DNA of 64,000 nucleotides, from contig NC_134482.1 in assembly GCF_964194025.1 (NCBI RefSeq), positions 42,656,001-42,720,000 on the forward strand, read 5' to 3'. The notes below the pieces were generated by a model that made no database searches, was not told the origin of the DNA, and saw nothing but the letters and a program-made list of their open reading frames with translations. Positions 12,228 to 23,275 of the stretch are shown in pieces. The first letter of the stretch is position 1. Each line of letters begins with the position of its first letter. A program made the translations under genes and the position numbers. Source of the DNA: Convolutriloba macropyga. Lineage: Eukaryota.

Positions 12228-13457
12228 AATAGCGCACGTCAGCCTCTCAACGGCTATTATTTAGGTGCTCTCCTTTTTTTACAATCCAAAGGATTTGGAT
12301 TGTATTGATCTGCTGTCTTTTTTTTAAGATCTGTTCACGCTTTTTTCGGCTTTTTCACGTCAGTGAGAAGTCAAATTAGAGTGGTTATTTTAATCACGCT
12401 GAAGTACTAATGGGAGCAAAAATTGGAGTAGGTTTTAAGCGTAATTTTTTTTTAAACTATCTTTGGTGTTTGAACAAATTTTCGGTTTTTGAGAGGGAGT
12501 TTTTTTTCACGTGCGTCAAATTGACTTCTGTTTTCAGAGTTTCTTTTCCGTGAGTGCTCATAGTGTGAAAAATTTTTGTTCTCGATGAGCCTAGTTGAAA
12601 TTGCTAGACTTCATCAAGGGGCAGATGAAACTTTTTATGACCTGAACACTTTGTCAAATAAACATTAAAAATTATTTGATTTTGCCTTGCCCACTTTCAA
12701 AAATTATCTTTGTTGTCTTATTATTGAGTATCATCATTGACAGGTCTCATTGATTGATAATTAGGCGCAAACCTAATTAATTGTCCGAGTTAAAGCTTAT
12801 TAGTTTTCATGACTTTGACACTACTTTTTCTCAAAAAATATGAGTTCATTTTTCAGTTTTGGTTGTACTTTTGTAATTTTTGTTGTCTTACCGTTTATTG
12901 TCATTATTGACAGGCCTGATTGGTTTCTAATAGAGTTTAATATAGTCGATTAAATAGTTTCTGTTCAAAGCTGATGCCTTTTATGACTTTGACATCAATT
13001 GTTTTCAAGAAATATTATAGAATTTTGAGTTTTGCGTGTTTTTGGTGTCAACTTTATTATCTTATATCTTTGTCTGATTATTGACCGTTTTCATTGGTTT
13101 CTAAAAAAGTTTTTCTTGTTTAAAATATTTTCAATTCATAGCTATTGCTTTCTGTGACTTACGCGTTGCCTGTTTTTTGAACTAAGTGAATTTTTGAGCT
13201 TAAGTCATAGTGCACGAGGTTATCAAAGTTCATTAGAGCGATTGCTAGCGGATATTAGTGTTGAGCTCATTACTCTTCTGTTTAGAAGCCGAAGTAGGTA
13301 TAATTTTAGAATCTAACTGAAACTGCACACTGAATAAGAACAATTGTTGAAACTTAGGAAAAAATTTTTTTTCAATTTCATCTCTTTTCTGTTTGAACCC
13401 GATATGCGTCTAAGGCGTCAACGATGGCTAATTTCTGGCAATCTGCCTTCTATGTTT
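12228..13457 (+). mobile_element. Degenerate family-1 HINE-like element with about 170-175 bp internal tandem units
   Basis: 5' aatagcg...ggctattat palindrome, diverged family body at 12270-12540, repeated atgactttgac motif at about 12637/12807/12981/13152, and 3' ggcta..ctggcaatctgcc..ctatgttt. Confidence 0.55.
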
Positions 13458-13811
13458 CAAAAAGACGTCAGCTATTGGTAAGGAGGATCTCGTCGGATAT
13501 TGACATTCAGTACGTTTGCACTTTAAATTTCTGAAATAATTTCTGAAATAAATCTCTAAATAATTACATCGCAAACCAAGTCATTGATTTAATATGTAGA
13601 ATGCCACACTGCATCTGATGGTTGCAAATTTTTTGCACTCTTAAGGTAAGAGGTGTTTGTTGAATGGGGGAGGGGGGTGGGGGGGGGGGGGGTTGATATC
13701 ACCAGTAGTTGATTATTCTAAAGCAGTCGGACATTCTGTTTGATACGACTCCATAAATTTTACTTCGTTTCAGTGCATACATAGTTATTATTTCAATATT
13801 TTTCAGGCGAG

Positions 13812-15109
13812 ATGGCGTCTGTATGTTCCAAAAGTTACGGACTAGCTGTACTTTGCAAATCAAATTCTGCCTTCTCAACTAACATAGCGAAAGTTCACGT
13901 CAAGCGCTTTTCAACTCAGCCGTCTAATGTACAGCCTTCTGGTTTATCCCTTCATCATGCAAACGTACTTCAATCGAACTGCGTGAATTGTTTCATAAAT
14001 AATGGATCTCTTTTTCGAGCATCGTTAATCCAACAGCAAGGCATGCATGTCACTGGCTACCTCGACGCCCCAAAGCGTGCCGGATTTTTTGGCAAGTTGT
14101 ACGAGTCAGTTAGGCAAGAACTGGAACAAAATAAAGACGTTTCAGATTCGATTAAGAAATTCAGAGAAGAAACAAACAAACTTGATGATTCTGATGCATT
14201 GAAGAGCGCTAGGAAAAAGTATCAAGCTTTCGAAGAAGAAACGAGTGAAAAAGGCAAAGTTTTCAAAGATAAATTATCCGACGTTTCTGGAAAGCTCAAA
14301 GAAAGTTTGGACGATTTTAAAAAGTCCGACCTTGGTAAACAAACTACGGACGTTTTTGAAAATGTGGGCAAAGGCATTTCAAGTGCGGGAAAATCGGCGG
14401 GTGAAACTATTTCGAAAGGAGGAAAAATAATCTCTGAAAGTGGGGCTTTTCAAACAATATCGAGCGCCTCTGAAGTTGTGAGACAAAATATAGACGAAGA
14501 GCTATCGCGCGCTAGAGTTTATAGCAGTCCGAAAGTTTTGAAAAGGCGGTCAGATTTTAGATTGTTTTCAACCAAAACAGCTGAACAATTTGACCCTGAA
14601 ACGCATGACCTTAATGAAAGTGAGTTAAGAATGGAATTACATAAAGATGCAAAATGGTACGCTTCTTGGGAAAATTTCAAAGACACGAATCCTGTAATGA
14701 ACAAAATGTTTGATCTCAAAAACCAATACGATGAGTCAGAAAATCCAGTTATTGCAGGGACCAGATACGTTTCAGATAAAGTTACAAGATTTTTCGGGGG
14801 AGTTTTTTCAGCTAATGCGACTAGCGAGGTTATGACTGAAATCAGAAAAGTGGATCCTAATTTTACCATCACAAGGTTTAACGATGTTTGTCATAAAATC
14901 ATATTTCCCCACGTCGCAGAGGCTTTGTTTCACGTTAAGTTTGACTTACTAGAAGATTGGTGTACGGCACCTGCGTACAGTAAACTGTGTGCGCAGTTGG
15001 AGCCTCTTTTGAAACAGGGATACAAGTTTGATTCGCATATTATGGATGTGGGAGAACCGGATGTGGAGACGGCCATTATGGAACAGTCGATGCCAGTCTT
15101 GGTGTCCAG
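13812..15109 (+). CDS. TIMM44: Mitochondrial import inner membrane translocase TIM44, coding exon 1
   Basis: N-terminal presequence-like region, then GFFGKLYESVRQELEQNKDVSDSIKKFREE, MELHKDAKWYASWENFKDTNP, YDESENPV, SEVMTEIRKVDPNF, LLEDWC..PAY. Donor AG|GTTAGT at 15110 (phase 2). Confidence 0.93.
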
Positions 15110-15259
15110 GTTAGTCCGTTGATGAGCTATGTGCATTTTTTTGATACACTGGCACCGTTGCCTTTTGCGGTGCATTATATTATTGGCATAAACATGAAAG
15201 ATGCATCCAAAACATGCCAAAATAAAACAGTCCACAAATGGAAACAATCCGTAAATAAG

Positions 15260-15657
15260 CGGGGGGGGGGGGGGGGGGGGGGAGGGAGGGAGGAGGGAGG
15301 TAACGGGGGGAGGGAGGAAGGTAGCGGGGGGGGAGGAGGTAACGGGAGAGGGGGGAGGTAACGGGAGAGGGGGGAGGAGGGATGTAACGGGAGAGGGGGG
15401 AGGAGGGAGGTAACGGGAGAGGGGGGAGGAGGGATGTAACGGGAGAGGGGGGAGGAGGGATGTAACGGGAGAGGGGGGAGGAGGGAGGTAACGGGAGAGG
15501 GGGGAGGAGGGATGTAACGGGAGAGGGGGGAGGAGGGAGGTAACGGGAGAGGGGGAGGAGGGATGTAACGGGAGAGGGGGGAGGAGGGAGGTAACGGGAG
15601 AGGGGGAGGAGGGATGTAACGGGAGAGGGGGGAGGAGGGAGGTAGCGGGAGGGGGGT
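15260..15657 (+). repeat. G-rich about 26-nt tandem repeat (taacgggagaggggggaggaggga[gg/tg]) inside the TIM44 intron
   Basis: Direct reading: poly-G followed by more than a dozen units alternating -gagg and -gatg endings. Confidence 0.92.
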
Positions 15658-15697
15658 GTTACAAACGGAAGAGAATGCGTTATCTGTGTTTTTCAAG

Positions 15698-15911
15698 GTT
15701 CAATGTGCAAGCAGTATGTACCATCAGAGATTCGGTGGGAAAAGCGATCACGCTTCCAGACGACACTGCCCTGATTGGGGGAGGGGAGGAGGGACAAGTT
15801 GACCAGTACATGTGCTTTGTTGCCCTCACTCGAGACATGGAAGATATAGATCCTATTTCATCATGGAGAATTGGAGATATCGAAATCAGGAAATTTAAAT
15901 TGGCCTTTTGA
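15698..15911 (+). CDS. TIMM44: TIM44 coding exon 2 (spliced protein about 503 aa)
   Basis: Acceptor tttttcaAG at 15696-15697. The join restores PVLVSR-FNVQAVCTIRDSVGK...VALTRDMEDIDPISSWRIGDI, the Tim44 C-terminal motif. AATAAA at 15920. Confidence 0.9.
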
Positions 15912-16439
15912 ACTTCGATAATAAAGTTGATAAATGTTTGATTACCATAAATTGTTTCTCGAATATTTTTTGAAAAATTGGAACCCGTGACCATTTGTTT
16001 TTTTGTTTATTTTTTTTGGTGGTGGGGGTGTTTCGTACCTTTATTATGACATGTGATAACTGCGATGTCTGGTCCCACCTGTTTAAAATCTTATCCAAAC
16101 CTTTATTAATGTAAAAAAGCAAAAAAGCGCATTAGTTTGTTCGCCACATGTTTATGAACACAAAAATATGTTCATGGGTAGGAAAAGAAGTTTCCACAAA
16201 ATAGTTTAGCTGACAGAAAATTTGACATAAGATGAAAGCCTCGGTTGTTTGGGGATGAGCAGTCCAAGATTAACGTGACTTTGAAACAAGACATGAAATA
16301 ATTCCGCTTTTTTGCTCATTTTTTTGAAGCTATAACTGTTACTGTAATTATTAATTAGTAATAAACTGTTATTACTGGAGATGCAGCGTGAAAAGACAAA
16401 ACAACGCGACTGAAATTTCAGAACGTGAATGAGAGCAAA

Positions 16440-16622
16440 ATGGGAAAACGCCCATATTTGCCAATTCCTCGGAAAAGTTTGTTCAGGTCTGCACAGTTGC
16501 CCGGACCGTACGATCACCTATTTGACGCATTTGGAAACCCAGTGGAGGGAATCGTGGCCAAGTTGCCCAAATTCTACCTAGATATGATTAAGCCCCGACC
16601 GCCACCGAACAGAAATTGGCAG
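16440..16622 (+). CDS. MRPL28: Mitochondrial ribosomal protein bL28m, coding exon 1
   Basis: MGKRPY...EGIVAKLPKFYL resembles the MRPL28 N-terminal EGI..RLP..YL. Donor CAG|GTTTGT at 16623 is in phase with exon 2. Confidence 0.78.
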
Positions 16623-16757
16623 GTTTGTGCTTTTTAACCAGGAGGCTGATTGCCTTTTGCTTTTCCTTTCATAGAAAAAATTGATTTAGAATCTGCTTAA
16701 GGAAGGAATATGTTTTACCGACCGTTGGTAGTGATCAAAATATCCAGATTTTTAATT

Positions 16758-17125
16758 ACTCTCGATCGAAGTTTGAAGCAATTAGTGTAAACCTGTCTCT
16801 TTTTTGTATGCAAAATGTTAGCTAGACCATTTTCTTCTAGAACATTCTTTCCATTTCAATTCTAAAGTGATTTTTTCACGCTTGATGTTATTGAGTGATT
16901 TGAATAGCTTGCAATCAGAAAGTGCGTTTGTTGCTAATTAAAACCGATTCTGAGCGAAAACTCCACATATCTGGTATAGCGTAGTAGTCGAAATCCCTGC
17001 CTCTCATCCGAGTTTATACCCCCCCCCCCCCTGTCACCATAAAAGTTGCTCTAGCCTGTGACCCCGTCTAAATTGTTTGCATCGCCAGTCGTTCGAGAGC
17101 AATTCGTCCGACATTAGTCGGTTGA
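16758..17125 (+). repeat. Interspersed repeat (core A ...gaagtttgaagcaatt.. / core B gtcgttcgagagcaattcgtccgacattagtcgg) with tRNA-like segment at about 16965-17012
   Basis: The cores recur at 17684-17806, 19765-20115, 29328-29460 and 46610-46765. Confidence 0.6.
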
Positions 17126-18697
17126 TATTTTGCAATCATTTAAATTTTGCCCTTGAAAACGCACACTAAACTTTTAATTTTGGATTTATCTGAGTGTTTT
17201 GTTCACTGCTTAATTTTTCAACTAGTTTATTAACGAAGTTCTTCAGGATCTCACCTTAAAATATGCTAATGTCATTCTACATGTGTTGCGGCGAGTGGGG
17301 TGGGCTACGCTTAGAATTTTTTTGAGTAAATTTTGCTGTCTTTTTACAGTAAAATTGTGAGTAATATTTTTGTGCTCAAGTAGAATATGACCATCTTAAA
17401 TGGATGTTTATACGTCTTTATAAATATGTATGAGTGCTGCGCGCTCCTGTCATATAGACAATTGCTTCACAAAAACGATGAACTTTGTTCACACATACAT
17501 TTATATGAATGTCTCTAATAATAAAGAGGAGGTAGTTTGTATTGGTTATCATCGGAGAGGCCGTCAGGCAGAGATTTTTTTCTTTCCGTTTCTCCCGATT
17601 AGATATTTTTTTTGGAACGTTTGCAACATTTAAACTGTCAGACTAGATTTGCGCTGTCGCCATCCATTAGATCTCATTTGTAATTTCTCTCGAAGTTTGA
17701 AGCAATTACTGTAAACGTGTTAGTTTTTTATGCTAAATTCTCGCTTAACTGTTGTTGTGTTTTTGCGAGTCGTTCGAGAGTAATTCATCCGACGTTAATC
17801 GGTCTATGTTCTATTTATCGCCTTCTTTGTTAATGTTTTCCTGCCAAAAAATAACTAATTGACTTCTGGGAACTAATTTTTTTCTTGGAAAAATTGACAA
17901 GCAACTTTAAGTTAATTTTCATGCCTATGAATTTACTTAATATCAGTTTTTTGTTCAGTTTTTTGAAGACGTCTATCTTTTCAAACCATTTTCTGGCGTT
18001 GATTAAAATTTTCGGGCAACCATTTTTTCTGCTTTTTTTTTGTTTCAATGACTTTTTTTTTCAACTTTTTTTGTTTGCAGATTACCGTTTTTGTAGAGTG
18101 AGCTGTAAATTTCCTATGTGAATGGAAAATCTTGGAGCTTTCAGACTAACTTTTCTGAAAAAAACGGCTGATGTTAAATGCTCTAATGATGAGATCTGAC
18201 ACATTGTAGACAGTCACAGAATTAATTTTTTGCACGTTTTCTCTTTTTTTACTCTATTAAAATGTTTTTTTTAACTAGTGTGCTAGAAATAAATTTTTAA
18301 AAATATGGACGCCCAAGATCTTAATAGGTGTATTTTTTAGAAGAATCGCCTGCTTATTATTCATCGAAGTCCGCCATCGTTCGTTTTTGGGAAAAATTGC
18401 ACACAAAATTCTTCGATTTTGCACAAAATCTATTTTGCGCAAAAAATTGCACATAATAAATCATTTTTATAGAAGTTTTGGAAAAAAAGAACGTTTGCTC
18501 ACCTTGTTTAAGATAAAAATCTGTACTTAGTTCGGAAAACAGCTGCTGTGCTATGGTTGATTGTATGTTGTCAAGTCAAGTCTTTTGTCATCACGCAATG
18601 CCTAATTTTATATGCATAAGTGTAAAATCAGTAACTAGAAAATTTTCAATTTCTTCACTAACAAACATTTGAAATGAATTCGAAAACGTTTGTTTAG

Positions 18698-19390
18698 GTC
18701 CCCAAATATCCTTATCATATCATGCCGAAAGGAGCTAACAAGGCGCACGTTGAAAAACAGTACAAACAGTCAATGTCTTCCCCGATACCAGTAGTTTACC
18801 CGAAACGGTCACGTGAGGAATTGTGGGGCGGGGAGGGTCTTATTTTCGGGTTCAGACAACGCGACAGATACGAAAGGCCCCACCGAACAATTTGGCATCC
18901 TAAATTGTTGCACTGGACGTGTTATAGTGAAATTTTGGACAAGAATTTTGAGACTGTTGTATCTGATACGACTTTGGATTTGATTGATGAACTGGAAGGG
19001 TTTGATTTTTACATCTTGAAAACACCCGCACACGAATTACTGTCAGATTTAGCCATGCGTATCAAAGGCGAAATATTACTAGCACTTGCAGATAAATCGT
19101 ATTGGCCGAATGATGCAAAACAATTTAATCTGATTAAAGAGAAATACAAAGATTGCGTCATACCACGTGAACAAGCTGAATGGGTTGGTCTGAGCCCCGA
19201 AGAAGCTGTTTTCCGCGCACAATTGGCCGAGAATTATGATTACAGACCTCTGAAGGAAGTATTTGCCGAGCAGGACAAAATGAGAGCTGATTTGACCGTA
19301 ACGAGTGTAGGTGACCAGTTGAAAGACATGGAAAACGATAATCGAAGATTTAGTTTAACATCAAAGTTGAGAAAGTATTTGCCATTTTGA
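18698..19390 (+). CDS. MRPL28: MRPL28 coding exon 2 (spliced protein about 291 aa)
   Basis: Acceptor tgtttAG at 18696-18697. PIPVVYP...LWGGEG, W.PKL....YSEILDK, TLDLIDE..G.DFYILKTP and IP.EQAEWVGL..EEA are MRPL28 hallmarks. Confidence 0.93.
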   Translation, partial: VPKYPYHIMPKGANKAHVEKQYKQSMSSPIPVVYPKRSREELWGGEGLIFGFRQRDRYERPHRTIWHPKLLHWTCYSEILDKNFETVVSDTTLDLIDELEGFDFYILKTPAHELLSDLAMRIKGEILLALADKSYWPNDAKQFNLIKEKYKDCVIPREQAEWVGLSPEEAVFRAQLAENYDYRPLKEVFAEQDKMRADLTVTSVGDQLKDMENDNRRFSLTSKLRKYLPF

Positions 19391-19983
19391 ATTAATTTTT
19401 CAGTCGAGAAGTTTTTGATGTATATTTTTAACTATACTAATTTGTACGTACATGTGGTACATATATGGAGTGGTATTTAAATGAATTTCTGGGGGCTAAA
19501 AAACTTTGTTCTTGAAAGGCAACTCGGAAAATTGATCTGTAAGAGTCTGCTAAGTGAATCTTTCGTCGCGTTCTGCAAATTTTTTAAATGAAATTTAGGA
19601 AATGAGAGTCAAAGGACCAAAAGATGTTCTACATCAAAAAATGTTTGAATTTTTTCAACCTTGCGCTTAACTATGAGCACAGACTGGGATCAAATGATAG
19701 CGATAGTCAAAAAGAAATCTGGTTTTTGGAAACGTGCTATCGTTGATTGAAAATAGTTTTTAATTGCTCTTGAACGAAATACATAGCAATTTTTGTAAAC
19801 GTGTTGGTCTTTTTTATGCACATTTTTGCTTGGCCATTTTGCGCTTTTCTTCTATAACATTCTTTGATTTCTCAAGTGACTTTTTCACGCTTTCGTTCTT
19901 CATTTTTGAGTGACCTCTATTGCTCTCACTCTGAAGTAAAGCTTATTGCTAATATAAAGTCGGCTACAGCATAGCCAAAAACA

Positions 19984-20056
19984 GGGTCTCATGGACGATT
20001 GGTCAGTGTATCTGGTTATGGATCGGGAGGACGGTGGTTCGAGTCCTGGCGGGATT
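19984..20056 (+). pseudogene. tRNA-like/SINE-head sequence inside repeat 19765-20115
   Basis: B-box GGTTCGAGTCC at the expected spacing from a degenerate A-box (tggacgattgg). Not a clean cloverleaf. Confidence 0.45.
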
Positions 20057-20868
20057 AAATGTTTTTCTACCCGCTTGTCATTCGAGAGCAAATCTTCCGA
20101 CATTAGTCGGTTTATGTTCTTTATTGGTGATGTGTTAAATAATTTTGGAACATTTCTCTCCAAAATTTTTTGTACACTATTATTTGGCTCTCATGGTGGC
20201 AAATTCTATTTCTCTGAAACAAAGTTTGCTGCAGTTATACTATTCATGTGGTCTTTCTAATGCGATTTTTCGCTCGACCGATTTTTCGTCGACTCTTTAA
20301 ATTCGTCCTCAAAACGAGATAAACAGGTAAAGCTCGGAGGGCAATAAATGGCTAAGTAGCTCTCTTGGAGCCTTATGCCATATTAATCTCTAAGTATGCG
20401 ATTAACCGAAGCTGTTTGGAAGAGATAATTTTATGGTGTTAAGGGCGGTTCTTAATCTTAAAAGTTCGACTATCACCCGTCCACTTTGTTCCAGCTGGCG
20501 ATATGAACCCCTCTCACGTCCAGCCCTTCCAACACTACCCCACCTCCATCGCTTGATCCCCCATTCAGCTAATCCCCCTCCCTCTAATGCTAGCATTCCA
20601 AAGCCCCAGCTGGCTACCAAATCCAAACGCTCGACGGTGAGTAATTCGCCCAACGGTAGTCGGTTTCATTTCTATTATCAAGGCAAGCTTGGGCATACAG
20701 TGGATGTTCAAATGGAGCTCGTGTGCTAATTTATCTAACCTTCGGCATCTTTTTTAGTTCAATTGTTTTTGAACGCTTTTAATTCCCGGAAGTCGCGAGG
20801 TTTTCTCTCCTTCAGGCTGAAGTCTAAGCGTTAAAGACGACCACATTTTGCGCCTAATTTATTTGATT

Positions 20869-21774
20869 AATAGCCGCACAGCGATAGCTGGGGCTATTAT
20901 TGGCCTTCTCTTGGTTTTTTACAATTCAAAGAATTTGAATTGTATTGGGGCGCTGTCTTTTTTTTAAGATCTGTTCACACATTTTCATGATTTTTGAAGT
21001 CAAATTGGAGTAGTGACTTTGGTCACGCCGAAACAGGAAGTGGAGCGAAAAAGCGAGTGGTTTTGCGGCGTGAAATTTTTTCGCTCTAAATTTAAAGTAG
21101 AGTGAGAAAACTGTGTTTGAACAAAAGTTCGCTTTCTCGGTAGTGGTTTTTTGTTCACATGCGGCAATTTCACTCTGATTTTTTCTGTTTTTTCGTTTTT
21201 TTGGAACGGATTTTTTTTCTAAATGGTTTTCCCAATCCATTCATAGTCCTTTCTAGGTCTAGTTTTTTGTTTAGTCAATGAAAATTCTTTGAATTGTACG
21301 TCAGGACTTGTCCTGCTATGTTTTTTTATTTCGTCGTCATGATTTTTGTTACGACCATATGACGTCACAGCCACTTTTTGTTCATTTGTTCATGCAATTT
21401 CAACTGAATGGCATGTGTGACGTCATTTATTGCTCTTAGTGGAGCGAGTTTATTTGTTCATGCGCGTGATTAAATTTTTGGTCACACTTGACTTAACTCA
21501 CTCTCAAAAATGACTTCCTGACTTTGAAATTGACTTTTATTTATTTTAATTCAAAGAGATAAGGTCAAATGGGCGTGTGTCACTCTAAATGAAGGTTATT
21601 TGAGATCAGCTAATAGAGGTAGCAATAACTAATACAGATTTTTAATCAAAATGTAACAGATCAACCTCCAATGAAAAGACAAATTTTTTTGGTCTGTCTT
21701 TTTTACTGTTTTTTTTAGACTGCCGATCTACGAATCTATTGCGGCTATTTTCTGGCAATCTACCAGCTATGTTT
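20869..21774 (+). mobile_element. Family-1 HINE-like element, complete ends
   Basis: 5' AATAGCCGCacagcgatagctggggctatt palindrome. 3' GCGGCTATT (21741), hairpin ctggca-atc-taccag, then ctatgttt. Confidence 0.75.
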
Positions 21775-22541
21775 GGGTTGGGTTTCAATTCGGCTGAGCC
21801 TCTTCATCTGTTGGTACCTAATCGTTTTTACGTATTACAGAATAGTTCTGTCACTTCTATTCAGTGTGAAGTTTATCCACAACTCTGTACTTAATACTTG
21901 ATGTCGGCACGTTCTATCATTTTTTTCAGTCACATTTTTGCCGGAACGTGACTCACAATGTTGCGTTTTCTATAACTTAGCGTTATAGCTGCGTCGTTTT
22001 CTTTTTAAGGCAAAAGAATTGGACTACGTTCCTATGAAGTGAGGTGTTTTTAAGAACTTCATGCGAGTTATCAAATCTTTTATTTCTACTTTCCGAAGTG
22101 ATTTTGGTGGATGCGCGTTTTAGATTAACTGTGAGTGAACATTTCTGCCTGCCATTAACGCATTGAGTCCGGTTCTTTAAATTTTTTTCGGGTTGGAGAA
22201 ATATTGAATTATTAGGTTTTGTCGAGTACGTTCCCGAAATTCTTCGCCGTGCCATTATTTTTCAGTTGTTTGAGTGGCAGTTTTATCAACTGGTGAGAGC
22301 GGTAGAACAGTATGTGAAAATGAAGGTCAATAGTTTTTGAAATGTGTTGAGAATATTATTTAATAATAATAATTGTCGTATCTGGGTAATCGCAGAGGAA
22401 CAGCATTAGGCCACAGCATAGCTGCCAATTTTCGTATGGTTCCCGAAATTTCAGCCTGTATTTTTGTAGTCATTTTTAATCTTTTGGTAACTATGGCCTA
22501 TTTTTTGGCGTCTGAATCTTTCACATGTTACCATTGCAGCT

Positions 22542-22823
22542 CACGTACCTAACACTAAGGCCAATTTAGTACTGATTGAGTTTCTAATTCAGGTTACATT
22601 TTGCACTGAATTTCTCTGATTCAGATCGAATGCAGTGGTTCATTCTGAATTATCTTCTGATTCAGAAGAATACAGAATAGTTTCCCTGAATTTTGCTCTG
22701 ATTCAGAGAAGTTCAGAAATCACTTCACAGTTGGTTTTGAAATCCTGAATCAGTACTAAGAACTGAAAATTCTCTGAAATTGTTCTGAATCAGTACTGAT
22801 TGTCACTGAGCCCTAGGTACGGG
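22542..22823. mobile_element. MITE with about 36-bp imperfect TIRs (CACGTACCTA...TAGGTACGGG) and 2-bp CT TSD; CACTA/CMC-like
   Basis: Ends cgtaccta..agtactgatt / aatcagtact..taggtacg are inverted. CT flanks both ends. Internal ctgaatcag sub-repeats. Confidence 0.6.
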
Positions 22824-22959
22824 CTAAGATCGGTCAAGCTATTGTAAATCGAATAGAAATCTTTGAAATCTATGATTTCAATGAAATCTATGATTTTCTA
22901 TGATCTATGTTTTGTTTTGCGATGCTCAGGTTTTCATATTTTTTTTCAGATTAATAGTA

Positions 22960-23026
22960 ATGCCCTTGCCTCCCGCTTTGCTAGCCAGGTTGAAGAAGCG
23001 AGGAATTGTCAACCAGGAAACAAAAC
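22960..23026 (+). CDS. PQBP1: PQBP1 exon 1
   Basis: MPLPPALLARLKKRGI is the diagnostic PQBP1 N-terminus. Donor GTAAGA at 23027 (phase 1). Confidence 0.9.
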
Positions 23027-23275
23027 GTAAGAAAGTTATCTATTAAACTAAACTCAATACTTCAAAGATCAAAACCTGCAGAATTTACGTGATTAAGTTT
23101 ATCACACGGAAAATACGACCAGCTATTTGTTATATCGGCAATAGAGAGGCCTCATTTGTATATATTTGAATCAATTTGATATTCGAATCATACCTTTGCG
23201 CCATTTAAATTCTAAAGTTTCACTGCGTTTATATAAAATTGATATGCGAGAATGGTCCGAATGGAATAGTCAGAG

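Noticed and set aside
15119-15696. Gly-rich and Pro-rich ORFs
   Set aside because: By-products of the G-rich intronic repeat.
16429-16581. Out-of-frame upstream ATG overlapping MRPL28 exon 1
   Set aside because: No independent evidence of use; could be chance, and the main ATG has the better aaaATG context.
20340-20730. GC-richer stretch with a 98-aa ORF
   Set aside because: No domain or repeat identity that I can support.
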